A DNA stretch of 63,953 nt, the filler included, from Chiloscyllium plagiosum (Eukaryota): assembly GCF_004010195.1 (NCBI RefSeq). It is 3 parts of one record of this genome, joined end to end, with 100 filler letters (N's around TTAATTAATTAA, not from the genome) between each part and the next. Parts side by side here need not be neighbours in the genome. Positions count along the whole stretch, not along the records: positions 19,363 to 49,449 come from NC_057713.1; 2 more parts are not named here. One strand, written 5' to 3'. Below are positions 38,501 to 49,549 of this stretch, piece after piece. How positions within the stretch are numbered: position 1 is the stretch's first letter; the number at the start of each line of letters is the position of its first letter. The notes under the pieces are model-generated. The model had not been told where the DNA came from, made no database searches, and was given only the letters and a program-made list of their open reading frames with translations. The translations under genes and the position numbers were made by a program.

Positions 38501-41500
38501 AATTGTGAGTAGAGACATTGTTAGTGGAACCTTGAGTGATGCAAAATGCATTTTAATCAGTGCACAGACTCTAATACATGCATGTACGTATTGTTTACAA
38601 TAATTTTGATTTTATTAGTATATTTCTTAATATGCGTAGTGGATTGAGCAGTTACTTAGTTTTCCTTAACAATAAGTTAGTATTAATAGTGAAGATTTTT
38701 TTTCTAAAATTAAAACAAATAAAATGTAAATATTAAAAGAAAAAAGAGAAACAGGAAGATTTGGATAAATAAATGATGAATACTTTAACAGTGACAGAGA
38801 AAGTAACATGGTCATTTATGATTAACTTATTTACAGATTAAAAGGATGAACATCATCTTTGTTGGTGAAACTGTGGTTCTGAGATGTGGCTTTTACATAT
38901 TACAAATGGGTTCTAAGATTTTATGTCTTTCAGGGTGAAGAAGGTGAAGAGGGTTCTCATGGAGATCCAGGTTACTCAGGAGCTATGGTATGTGTGAATC
39001 ACTTTATTCAAAAAGACAATAAAAATATTGAAGAATGTTTTCCTTATATCATGTGAACTGTTAAGGTTAAACTGTTTTTGCATTATAGGGTATTCCTGGT
39101 CCCCCTGGAGATAAAGGTGTGCTTGGTGCAAAAGGGAAAAAGGTACTGAGAAAATACTTTTCATAAGATAGACCACAGATTATGCTTGCCAACATATGCA
39201 AAACTTTGGCTAAGCATAACTGATTGGCCTTTGGTGCAGTATTGGGGAATGAGTTATCATTATATTCAAAGTAGCTAGTATTGTTCTACAATTAAAAAAG
39301 TGCCCACTGGGAACTGTCCCTGCCTTTCTTCCAATCCCACACCCCATCCGCCTTTCCTCACAACACCCAACCAGAGAACCCACCCCCAACAAATCACTTT
39401 CCAGAAAACCAGGTCCTCTGTGTTCAGGAGTACTTATCCACCAGCAACCACAGCTGTCTCCTACTGTGCTAAATGCCCCCAAAGTTCAAACTATGGGGGA
39501 GGGCATGAGATTCTGACCAGTGACAGAAACGTCTATCACCAAATCTCTTGTTATTGATCTTTCCTGTCTTCTACTCTATCACATATATTTCCTTTTTTTC
39601 TTTATTCCACCCACCCTTCACCTTCCACTTGCTTAATATCTATCACTTTAATACAGTAAAATGCACCAAGTACTTCATAAATTTTCTTTGAAAGGCTAAT
39701 CAATCTTTTAGGTGAAAACTTCATCAATTATTTTGTTCACTTCAGAAACATTTCCAGCATTGAAGGCCATTTGGCTCATTGTGTCTGTATCAGCTGCAAA
39801 TGATCTATCCTGCCTTGTTCGACATTCCTGCTGTCGGTTTGTAACTATGGAGCTTACAGTCTTTCAAGTGCACGTCCAACTATGTAATGATGATTTCTCC
39901 ATCACCATCATTTCAAGTTGTGAATTTTTGATGCACACCACCCTCTGGGTGAACAATTTTTCAACTCTTCTCTAATTGGTCTGGCAATTGCTTGAAATCT
40001 ATGTTCTTTGGTTATTGACCTCTGTGCTAGGGGAATTTTAAGTCCTTCCTATCTGGCCTACTGAAACCCCACATAAATTTGTGCACCTCAATTAGATGTC
40101 CCCTCAGCCTTCTACATTCCAAAGACAATAACCCAACCTCTCCAACCTTTACTCATCATGCAACCTGACAATATACTTATAAATTATCTCAGAATACTCT
40201 CCGATTTGTTTGGACTGGACATAGCACTCTAGCATTGGCAAAAACTGATACTTTAAGCAAACAAATGCTGGCGTTCTGAAATGAAAACTAATGCCCATGA
40301 CCAACTCTTGTGTTATTTGGTCTTTCCTGACTTCCATTTTCTAAATGTTTATTTCCTTCTGTTTTTTAACCCCACCCTTCTCCTTTCACTTGCTTAATAT
40401 GTATAACGCTTCTTATGTTTTCAAATTTTGATGAAAGTTATTGACTTAAACCACTACATTTTCTTTTGCTACAGAATATGGCTGACCTGAGTACTTCAAA
40501 CATTTTCTGTTAGTGTTATATACAATTCTAGATTAACCTTTCCATTTTTATGTTCTGTACCTTGGTTAATAAAGGAATGTATCACATACATCTTCTTAAC
40601 CACTTGCTATTTTCCAGATTTCATAGAATCCATAATGTGTGAAAGCAGGCCATTTGGCCCATCGAGTCCACACAAACTCTCCGAAGAGCGTCTACTCCAT
40701 TCCTGTGGCCTTGCATTTCCAACGGCCAATCCATCTAACGTGCACATTTTTGGACTTTGGCATTGAAAAAAACTGCTTGACTTTGGCACATAGAGGGACA
40801 TGGGGACAATACACAAACATTTGCCCATGGGTGGAATCGAACCCGGCTGCCCAGCATTGTGAGGCATCAGTGTTAACTGCTGAGCCAACGTGTTGCCCCA
40901 GCAGTCAATGAATACTCTAAGATTCCTCTATTTCCCTCTACTTCTCAGTGTTCATTTGCCACTTTTTTACTGACCTGACAAGTTGATTGATATCTTGCAG
41001 CATCCAGAGCTTTCATCCTCATAACACAGTTCATTTTTATCTCATCTGTATTCTTCTTCTATATTCCCTCCTACATTAAAGCAGTTTGCTCAGCTGGCAG
41101 GATGGCTGGTTTGTGATACAGAGTGATGTTAACAGTGCGGGTTCAATTCCTGCACTAGCTGAGGTGACCATGAAGAATTGTCCCTCTCGATGTCTCCCCT
41201 TGCCTAAGACCTACTGAAACTCAGGTTAAACTACCAGCAATCATATCTCACTCTCCAAAGAGAGTGCAGTCTGATAGGAATACAGTGATTTTACTTTTAC
41301 TGTATTATCTAGGAGCAGATTTGTTCATTTCTTTCAACAATAGCTGAATAGTTTAATCCTGTATGATATTTTGAGAGTTTAGCACTGGAGTGTAAAATTT
41401 CTAGGTGAGATGCTTATTGTAAAACTGCTTGACCTTTCCCTCTGTGACTTATGATAAGGAGATCTGACCCACCTCTGCATTTTATGATTTGGCAAACAGT

Positions 41501-43657
41501 TGAAAATTTTCTCCAATGTTCTGTTGATCTCTGGAGAAGTTTATTTTGTGAAAATGTGTTCTAACTTATATATTGATTGTGTGAAAGTAGTAACACCTAG
41601 TGAGATGATGCTTTCATTGACTGCACTTTGTAGGGCGCTGCTGGATATTCAGGGCCACAAGGAGAACCAGGACCCAAGGGTGAAATTGTAAGTGCCTCAA
41701 TGTTCGTTATTGTCAGTTATGATCAATTCTAATTAATATCAATTTGTATTAATAAAACGAGAGCAGCAATATTTAATAAACAGGAACTGATTTTTAAAAT
41801 TTATTTTAAGGGAGATACTGGAGAATCTGGTGAAGAAGGCAGTGCTGGGTCCCCTGGCGAAGTGGTAAGTATTATTCCAAAGAACAACGGTTCCACACAA
41901 ATGGATGTTTCATTCAGGAATTCCAAGTTAACAACTCCATTGTGTCAAATCAAATATCAGTTTGTGCTATTATTTGAGAGATACTAGAATTAGTTTCTAA
42001 TTTAATTGTATTTATTGTTTGCAAAAGGGTGCTCCAGGAAACTCAGGACCTCCAGGGCCCCCAGGTATCAAGGGATTAAAGGTGATTTCCAAGAAATTCT
42101 TGTCTTTTATTTTTGAACAAAATCAGAAGATAAAATGTATAGATGAACTACATCTAGAAATAAAGTAGGCCAGGTGAGTAGAAGATGATCACAAAAAGGT
42201 ATGAGGTGCTGTTGATAGTATCAAGGGCTATTGCAGGGTGCAGCGCGACATAGACAGGATGCAGAACTGTGCTGAGAAATGGCAAATGGAGTTCAATTCG
42301 AATAAATGCAAAGTGATGCATTTTGGAAGGTCAAACTCGAATGCTGAATATAGGATTAAAGATAGGATTCTTGGCAGTGTGGAAGAACAGAGGGATCTTG
42401 GTGTTCAAGTACATAGTTCCTCAAAGTTGCCACCCAAGTGGATAGGGTTGTTAAGAAAATATATGGTGTTTTGGCTTTCATTAACAGGGGGATCGACTTT
42501 AAGAGCCGCGAGGTCTTACTACAGCTCTATAAGTCCCTGGTGAGACCACACTTAGAATATTGTTTCCAGTTCTGGTCGCCCTACTATAGGAAAGATACAG
42601 AGGCTTTAGAGAGGGTGCAAAGAAGGTTTACCAGGATGCTGCCTGGACTGGAGGGCTTGCCTTATGAAGAGAGGTTGACTAAGCTCGGACCTTGCTCTCT
42701 GGAGAGAAGTAGGAAGAGAGGAGACCTGATCGAGGTATACAAGATAATGAGAGGAATAGATAGGGTCAATAGCCAGAGATTTTTCCCCAGGGCAGGATTG
42801 ACTGGTACGAGGGGTCATAGTTTTAAGATATTAGGAGAAAGGTATAGAGGGGACGTCAGAGGAAGGTTCTTTACGCAGAGTTGTGAATGCATGGAATGCT
42901 TTGCCAGCGGTGGTGGTGGAAGCAGAGTCATTAGGGACATTAAAGCGACTGCTGGACATGCACTTGGACAGCAATGAATTGAGGGGTGCGTAGGTTAGGT
43001 TATTATATTTTACATTAGGATTAATCCTCAGCACAACATCGTGGGCCAAAGGGCCTGTTCTGTGCTGTACTTTTCTATGTTCTAAATATGAATATATAAA
43101 ACATGACTTTGCAAATGTCTTAGGAAGCAAAATGTACTTTTTGCTAGGCAAGATAGTGGAAGCAATGTTATTAGGAATGTTCAAAATGTTGCTGACTTGG
43201 ACAGTCAGGTTATTCGATAGCATGACAGTTGGGATAGTGTGAGAATGAGGTAGTAGATCATTGAATATGATAAATTTAGGTTGCTATGTAACTGGGAACA
43301 GTGAAAATTGGGGAGGTTATGGGGTTAGAAATGATAAATGTTATGTTACAATGTTAGTTGAAACAATGATAATTAATGTAGTTTATTGCTGGATAGCATG
43401 GGAATTACGTAGCTGGATGCCATGATAGGTAAGATGATGTACAACTGGATAACATGAGAGTTAGGGGAGTTTTTGCTGGACAGACTGAAAGTTTGTGTGC
43501 TACAAGGAATGCGTTCAATGTGCCAAATAACTTTTGTTGTCCTTGACTTCATTTTCTATTTCTCTGAATTATTAACATAATTTTGTATCTCTGAATGTAA
43601 CAGGGATTTCCTGGTTATTCTGGATTCTCAGGAGATATTGGGGAACCAGGAGATTTG
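26435..43657 (+). CDS. FACIT-type collagen alpha chain (collagen IX alpha1/XXI/XXII-like), partial spliced gene: TSPN domain + Cys linker + Gly-X-Y domain; 12 firm exons
   Basis: Twelve GT-AG exons with compatible phases join into one open frame: TDMLKALGVSSTVGVYEVEGSQINLKAYRLEPSVQIRRESR|LVHPYGFPNELSIVATFRM...WNLWEVTD...LFNQAWHKLSLS...TLFVDCQQ...TTLP|VDIQQFTIYGNPSKASEVTCCELPGI|CEKQSSDGTSIGCPCRPTKPGFLGFSGPN|, followed by 48 further Gly-X-Y triplets. Signal-peptide exon and 3' end were not found. Confidence 0.93.
26911..27671. mobile_element. element with about 90-bp terminal inverted repeats (LTR-like interior)
   Basis: 26911-27001 (tgttatgaagatgtgggtgtac...) is the imperfect reverse complement of 27580-27671. 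Confidence 0.75.
28308..28602 (+). mobile_element. HE1-type SINE, young copy
   Basis: gggcggcacggtggcacagtggttagcactgctgcctcac head; CpGs retained. Confidence 0.92.
29802..30192 (+). CDS. collagen exon, TSPN/laminin-G core
   Basis: acatttttcag|G...CTTCCA|gtaagc; 391 bp, phase 2 to 0; motifs HPYGFP, FRM, WNLW, LFNQAWHKL and LFVDC are typical of FACIT TSPN domains. Confidence 0.95.
30258..30630 (+). mobile_element. CR1 LINE 3' end
   Basis: RRLRGDFIDVYKIL, typical 3' UTR, (TATGACT)n tail. Confidence 0.85.
32268..33229 (+). mobile_element. young Penelope-like element (Neptune-type), 5'-truncated, 14-bp TSD
   Basis: ORF with CHRRNCKTCAH linker and NTIYCIRCSRCGLLYIGET (GIY-YIG); TSD TCTGGACAGGATGC at 32254-32267 and 33230-33243. 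Confidence 0.95.
33136..33167 (+). ncRNA. minimal hammerhead ribozyme motif (intact core)
   Basis: TC-CTGATGA-A-GGGC-tttt-GCCC-GAAAC-GTC-GA. Confidence 0.7.
33435..33512 (+). CDS. collagen exon, TSPN C-terminus (VDIQQFTIYGNPSKASEVTCCELPGI)
   Basis: tatctcag|GTG...ATT|gtaagt; 78 bp; FACIT-type xxTCCE/DLP motif. Confidence 0.93.
34065..35460 (+). mobile_element. older PLE with inverted 5' terminal copy (about 34065-34225), interrupted at about 34630-34905
   Basis: LTYHPTSIHIQRII, FNLVYCI, GFNIEFNNFR; hammerhead remnants at 34155-34185 (-) and 35372-35408 (+). Confidence 0.8.
34632..34905 (-). mobile_element. non-LTR element 3' end (Rex1/Babar-like tail); second copy at 44406-44700
   Basis: Shared tggatatccttcattgtca...gtacagtgaaaag...atcttaggtacaaa...aagaggaataaaa; ends in (TA)n. 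Confidence 0.55.
35925..36325 (+). mobile_element. CR1 LINE 3' fragment
   Basis: LEGVQK.FT, LGLISLECRRLRGD, typical 3' region. Confidence 0.85.
36553..36639 (+). CDS. collagen exon, Cys linker and start of triple helix (CEKQSSDGTSIGCPCRPTKPGFLGFSGPN)
   Basis: aattctag|TGT...AAT|gtaaga; 87 bp; CxC motif before the first Gly-X-Y. Confidence 0.9.
36753..36806 (+). CDS. collagen 54-bp exon GYPGDKGRSGFPGSQGRK
   Basis: ttacag|...|gtatgt; six Gly-X-Y triplets. Confidence 0.95.
37165..37252 (-). mobile_element. short PLE-derived terminus with hammerhead core
   Basis: Minus strand CTGACGA-A-GGAGC-agt-GCTCT-GAAAACT...aataaacctgttggactataacctg. Confidence 0.65.
37285..37770 (-). mobile_element. CR1 LINE RT fragment
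   Basis: EDWRLGNMVSLFKKDGKKKPGNYGPVSLTSIVGKLLE...SQHSFAHGKSCLTNL. Confidence 0.92.
37873..37926 (+). CDS. collagen 54-bp exon GYQGFKGVQGRRGDPGPR
   Basis: ttgtag|...|gtaagt; six Gly-X-Y triplets. Confidence 0.95.
38934..38987 (+). CDS. collagen 54-bp exon GEEGEEGSHGDPGYSGAM
   Basis: ctttcag|...|gtatgt; six Gly-X-Y triplets. Confidence 0.95.
39089..39142 (+). CDS. collagen 54-bp exon GIPGPPGDKGVLGAKGKK
   Basis: cattatag|...|gtactg; six Gly-X-Y triplets. Confidence 0.95.
40620..40900 (-). mobile_element. HE1-type SINE (diverged)
   Basis: Reverse-complement head and tail. Confidence 0.78.
41080..41300 (+). mobile_element. second tRNA-derived SINE family
   Basis: A-box-like gctcagctgg, B-box ggttcaattcc, (TTTAC)n tail. 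Confidence 0.65.
41634..41687 (+). CDS. collagen 54-bp exon GAAGYSGPQGEPGPKGEI
   Basis: ctttgtag|...|gtaagt; six Gly-X-Y triplets. Confidence 0.95.
41811..41864 (+). CDS. collagen 54-bp exon GDTGESGEEGSAGSPGEV
   Basis: ttattttaag|...|gtaagt; six Gly-X-Y triplets. Confidence 0.95.
42028..42081 (+). CDS. collagen 54-bp exon GAPGNSGPPGPPGIKGLK
   Basis: gtttgcaaaag|...|gtgatt; six Gly-X-Y triplets. Confidence 0.93.
42205..43083 (+). mobile_element. CR1 LINE 3' part (RT)
   Basis: LYKSLVRPHLEYCFQFWSPYYRKD...RGDLIEVYKIMRG; (TTCTATG)n tail. Confidence 0.93.
43604..43657 (+). CDS. collagen 54-bp exon GFPGYSGFSGDIGEPGDL (last exon found)
   Basis: gtaacag|...|gtaaac; six Gly-X-Y triplets. Confidence 0.94.
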
Positions 43658-44164
43658 GTAAACTCTTGCAATTCCACACTTTATATTCACGTGTAAACTT
43701 ACTCGAGTATGTGAATTATTTTAAGATTATCAGAGACCTGCACACCATTAGCAGTCAATCAGTTTCTTTGTTGCAGTTGTACTGCTATAAACATAGTGAT
43801 TCTTTCACCAAAGCCTTTATTAGAATCAGAAATTATGACTCTGGAAAAAGTCACTTAAAACTGTTCATGTGTAAAAACAGCATAGAATTACAAATTTCAT
43901 TAAGAGTTTGACCTTGAGGCTGTTTATAGTCATAGAATAGCTTATTAGGATAAGTTTATTTCTGAGTTGAAAGAGCAGTTTTTCATTTGTAGGGCTCAAT
44001 AATTATTCAAGGAATAAACACCCCTAGCTACAACTCATTCAGTACTCGTGTTCCAGTAAGAGGATGCGCTATACAAAACAGTACGAAATGAAAATAACTT
44101 TCCTTTAAGAAAATATAGGGTGGGTTATTCTCTTGATGTAAGATGTTTAGATTTTTCCATGAAT

Positions 44165-45030
44165 ATGCTGGTGCAGCAAGTAAATGGAAGGCAAATGCAT
44201 TATTGGGCTTTATTGCAAAGGGGGTTGGATATAAAAATAGAGAAGTCATTGTACAGATATACAGGCACTGATGAGACCACACCCAGACTATTGCATATAG
44301 TTTAAGTCTCCTTACTTTAGGAAGGATACACTTGCTTTGTAAGCAGTTCGGCAGAGTTCACTCATTCCTGAGACTAAAGGGTTGACTTATGTGGAATGGT
44401 TAGACTGGAATATCCTTTATTGTCACGTGAACTTCACTGCAGAAGTACAGTGAAAAGCTTTTACAATGGCTGCCTCTGAAGGCATCATCTTAGGTACAAA
44501 TCTTGGATACAAAGAGGAATAAAAGGAAAAGTAATAGCAGTAACTAGTGTCTGAAAAATAAGTTAGAAATAAGATAGTTAAAGGGGTTGACATTACAGTT
44601 TGGTAAAGAGTTTCAAATAGCAGCAGCTCAGCATGTGGTCTGACTGCCTGCACCAGGCCCCAGTCCACCTCTGTCCCGCTCTGCTCCAGCCTCCAGATTA
44701 AGCAGGTTGGACCTATTGGTTTTAGAAGAATGAGTGGTGGACTTACTGAAATGATGCTGAGAAGATGTTTCTCCTTTTGGGGGCATCTCTATTCAGGACA
44801 CATAGTTAAAAAAGTAATTTATTCTGGAGATGAGAAGGAATTTCATTTCTGAGATTTTCAGTCTTTTGAATTCGTACCCATAGAGAGCAGTGGAAGCTGT
44901 GTCATTGAATTTATTCAAGGCTGCCAGGAAAGGAAATGGTATTAAGATGACAATCAGATCAACCCTGATCTTAGATGGATGGCAGAGCAGGCTCGAGAGG
45001 CCGAATGAGCAAGTCCAGCTTCTGTTCCTA
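44165..45030 (+). mobile_element. degenerate CR1 3' part interrupted by the 44406-44700 element
   Basis: KANALLGFIAKGLDIK...; 3' UTR ggcagagcaggctcgagaggccgaatg. Confidence 0.78.
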
Positions 45031-46364
45031 ATGGTTTCATTCTGATCTCCTTGCTGACGTGAACTTAACTGGCCAACAGATCTTCTTACTAACTCTTAAC
45101 AACTTATCTCTCACCTTCCACTTCATTCAGTTGACCTTCCTGCTTGGCATTGCCTGCTCGCTGACTCTCCCGATGACTGTCTTGCCTGATCCACTGGCTA
45201 GCCACTTCCCTGACCCTCCCACTTGCATCTTATTGCTACCCCTCACCTTCTCTCTCTTGCTCCCTCCCTCTCAATATTCCCATCCTGAGCCCTCAGTCAC
45301 GATGACAACGTAGAAGAAAGTGGTGGTTAAGAAGCAACAAGGATTTGGGAGAGAGAGGGGTGGAACAAGAGGGAAGCATCAAGTGGGAGAATTGGGGGAA
45401 GGGAAGTGGCAAGCCAGAAGGTTGAGAGAAAGAAGGGCTAAGCAGGAAGGATGTGGGAAGGCAAGTAGGGAGCAGCAGAGTTGTGCAGCAGTGGTTTATT
45501 TTCAAAATAAAAACCGAGCTGAAAGGAAAATGAAGACAATGTATTTGAAGGAACTTTCCTAATTTACCAAAATTGTGCTAAAGCAAAAATGCGTTATTAA
45601 ACATGCTTTAAATGGAGGGTAACTGAATTTGTTTGAAATCTACCTGTTATACTTTCAACATCTGACATCGAAGAAAACAGTTTCCTAACTACCAATCTGA
45701 TGAAGTTCTTTTTAGGATTCAAGTTCCTGAGCAGCATTTTAACTGCTCCTCTTAAAGTCTGTTTGTGTTGTGCAAGTCCATTGAAGTTCACATGTGTCGA
45801 AACAATTATAGCGGAAGTTATAGACTATTATAATCCTCTTCATCAATAGAATCAATAGTGATGCATTCGTTTAAACCAAATAGCACAGAAAATAACTGTT
45901 GCTATTAAATTAATTTGGTATTAAACAATTATCCCTGATATTTTGCCACACGTGACTAATTCCACAATCTTATCCACACCTCCCCTGCCATCTTCTTCCC
46001 ATTCTTACCATCCTCTTGCCTCCCATCAGTACCCTACCATCCCTGTTGGAATCAGTCTCTCTTGTCAGAGTGGCTTTATTACTGGGGGCCTTTTACCTTC
46101 TGCTGTTTTGTTCTCCATCAATCTCTCTCCTGTTCCACTTCACCTATGCTCCTACCATCGCTAATGGTTGGCATCCCCATAATGTCTCTGGCTGTACCAT
46201 CCAATGGACTTGTGCACCTCTGTACCCACCAAGTAAGCTCACTTTAAAAGACACACTCCTAAAACTGACCAATTAAAACAGTCTATGGAAAAAAAGTCTG
46301 TTATTATTGTAAATGTTGTTTTCTTTTTAATTTATTTTCATTGACAAAATCCATTAAGTAGTTA

Positions 46365-46635
46365 TCATAGAATCCCTACAGTGTGGAAGCATTTGCCCCA
46401 GCAAGTCCATACCAACCATCCAAACAATGTCCCACTCTATCCCTGTAACCATGCATTTCCCATGGCTAATCTACCTAGCCTACACATCCCTGAACACTCT
46501 GGGCAATTTAAAGCTCCCCACGCAGACATGAGGAGAACATGCAAACTCCACACAGACAGTCGCCCATGGGTGGAATCAAACCCAGGTCCCTGGCAGTGTG
46601 AGGCAGCACTGCTAGCCACTGAGCCACCATGCTGT
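46365..46635 (-). mobile_element. HE1-type SINE
   Basis: Reverse-complement head, core and tail. Confidence 0.87.
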
Positions 46636-47012
46636 CTCTAACATGTGATTGTTTTAAGTATCTCAATGAGCAGAGTAGTAAAGCAAATACAATGAAAGGA
46701 ATTGGAATTATATGGCAAGATGACATACCTTTGAAAACAAAAAGCCATGAATTAAAGAGGAAATTAGGCTAAACCACTTCTTAGAGTTTACGAGAGAACA
46801 TTTGCAGAGATATGAAGAAAGAGCAGGGGTGTGGAATGAATTAGATGGCTCTGCCAAAGAGCAAGTGATGCATGATGGACGGAATGACCTGTGCTGCATG
46901 ATTCCATGATGATATGAATAGTTTACTCAGATTGTGTAGTCCTTCTAAACAGAACTTAAATTTTACTAAATACATAATGGGAGACAACAGATTGCATGTT
47001 CACTTGCATGTA

Positions 47013-47363
47013 CAGGTACACAATCCTTTATCCTAAACCCTTGGGACCAGCTGGTTTTTGGAATTCGGAATTTTTCAAATTTCGGAACAAATGACAGTTT
47101 GACAGTGACATTTTAAAAAATCTTACCGAACAGCAGACTCGCTATGAGTAATACGGGCCCTCAGACAGAATTGAGACCTGCCAGTGCTGGACCATGCCTC
47201 CCCCACGTTGCACCTGAGTGACATGCATCGAGTGGGTGTGGAGTTGGGTTAACTGTTTGCACGCCAAACAACCTTGTTAATAGGGAAAAAAACTTCATGA
47301 AAAAACATTCAGATTTTGGAGTTTTTCTGATTTTGGAATTTCGGATAAAGAATTGTCTACCTG
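47013..47363. mobile_element. Tc1/mariner-pogo (Tigger-like) MITE
   Basis: TIRs CAGGTACACAATCCTTTATCC / GGATAAAGAATTGTCTACCTG flanked by TA on both sides. Confidence 0.85.
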
Positions 47364-48360
47364 TATTATTTGACAATGGTATCAGAATTAATACTGGAGG
47401 CTAGTTTTACTTAAACTGTTCACTTACATGTATTGTACATATATATTGTTATGATCCCCACAGAGACCATTAACTTATGAAAAGAGATATGAATTTTTTA
47501 GCGTTTTAAATTAAAAATTATACAAGTTGTCCCATGCTAAGACTTTAATGGTAACAAGCAAACTAAAATGTAGTAGACTCAACACTACTTAAAAGGCAAC
47601 CAATATACTAAACTGTAGAAATAATACTTTCTGTTAGCTAAGCAACTCAGCAAAACTTATTTGTATGTCACACCATACTCTCAGTAAATAGGTACCTACG
47701 AATTAAATCCCACAACCCTCCCAGATTGTCAAAATGCTCCCTTTCATCTGCCATGAGGGCAAGCCTTCCAGTTTACTTCACTTACTCATCTGAGTGTATA
47801 TACTGACTACCAGGCACAAGTCCCTTCTGTTTGAACAAACACACAGATCCCCTCAGCATCCTACTCAGTGGTTACACATGACAGTTGTTTTATTTGTTTT
47901 GCAATGTTTTTAGTCTCCCTCCCTAGGTTTCTGTGGATTTTAGAGCTTATGTCCAATAAGACCAGCTGTCACTTTTTGTGCTGAGGTGTAAAAACTGGCA
48001 TTTGATTTCTTATGACTCTTGCCGGGGCTGCTTTCTCCATGGCAATTTAATTGGATGGTCCTGTTACCAAGCAGAATTCATCATATACTCTTGCTCTCTT
48101 GCTCGTGTTTTTTTTTCTCTCTCTCTCTTTCTCCCTCTCCCACACACTCACTCCAGAACATTCCATTTTGCTTAAAGTATGCACTTTAAACATGCCTTAT
48201 AAGTCAAGAGAGCCAGCAACATACATGTGCCATATAAGGCTGAAGTTACATTTTGAAAAAGCATGTAAATAAGTAAACGAATTTAGAATCTAAAATAAAT
48301 TTTGTTTATTTTTACTTAACAGGTTGATCTTTCATTGATACACAAGCCTCCAATGCTGCA

Positions 48361-49449
48361 TAAGACCATAAGACCATAAGACCATAAGACATAGGAGTGG
48401 AAGTAAGGCCATTCGGCCCATCGAGTCCACTCCGCCATTCAATCATGGCTGATGCGCATTTCAGCTCCACTTACCAGCGTTCTCCCCGTAGCCCTTAATT
48501 CCTCGAGACAACAAGAATCAATCAATCTCGGCCTTGAAGACATTTAGCGTCCCGGCTTCCACTGCACTCCGTGGCAATGAATTCCACAGGCCCACCACTC
48601 TCTGGCTGAAGAAATGCCTCCACATTTCTGTTCTGAAATGACCCCCTCTAATTCTAAGGCTGTGTCCACGGGTCCTAGTCTCCTCGTTTAACTGAAACAA
48701 TTTCCTAGCATCCACCTTTTCCAAACCATGTATTATTTTGTACGTCTCTATTAAGTCTCCCCTTAATCTTCTAAACTCCAACGAATACAATCACAGTATC
48801 CTCAGCCGTTCCTCATATGCTAGACCTGTCATTCCAGGGATCATCCGTGTGAATCTCCGCTGGACACGTTCCAGTGCCAGTATGTCCTTCCTGAGGTGTG
48901 GGGACCAAAACTGGACACAGTACTCCAAATGGGGCCTAACCAGAGCTTTATAAAGTCTTAGTAGTACATCTCTGCTTTTATATTCCAACCCTCTTGAGAT
49001 AAGAGACAACATTGCATTCGCTTTCTTAATCACGGACTCAACCTGCATGTTTACCTTTAGAGAATCCTCGACTAGCACTCCCAGATCCCTTTGTGCTTTG
49101 GCTTTATTAATGTTCTCACCATTTAGAAAGTAGTCTATGCTTTTATTCTTTTTGCCAAAGTGCAAGACCTCGAACTTGCTCACGTTAAATTCCATCAGCC
49201 ATTTCCTGGACCACTCTCCCAACCGGTCTAGATCCTTCTGTAGCCTCCCCACTTCCTCAATACTACCTGCCTGTCCACCTAACTTCGTATCATCGGCAAA
49301 ATTCGCTAGAATGCCCCCGGTTCCCTCATCCAAATCATTAATATATAATGCGAACAGCTGTGGCCCCAGCACCGAACCCTGCGGGACACCGCTCGTCACC
49401 GGCTGCCATTATGAAAAAGAACCTTTTATCCCAATTCTCTGCCTTCTGT
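48361..49449 (-). mobile_element. young CR1 LINE 3' part, cut by gap
   Basis: 202-aa ORF TSGVPQGSVLGPQLF...FADDTK; (TATGGTCT)n tail at 48361-48392. Confidence 0.95.
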
Positions 49450-49549
49450 NNNNNNNNNNNNNNNNNNNNNNNNNNNNNNNNNNNNNNNNNNNNTTAATTA
49501 ATTAANNNNNNNNNNNNNNNNNNNNNNNNNNNNNNNNNNNNNNNNNNNN
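49450..49549. other. artificial scaffold linker 44N-TTAATTAATTAA-44N
   Basis: Same construct as at 19263. Confidence 0.97.

Noticed and set aside
47447..48230. TG-starting LTR-like stretch
   Set aside because: No matching CA end with a TSD found.
48323..48379. Strong acceptor (tttttacttaacag) giving an in-frame tail VDLSLIHKPPMLHKTIRP* for the collagen
   Set aside because: No Gly-X-Y or FACIT C-terminal Cys motif, and it runs into a CR1 microsatellite tail; unsupported without RNA data.
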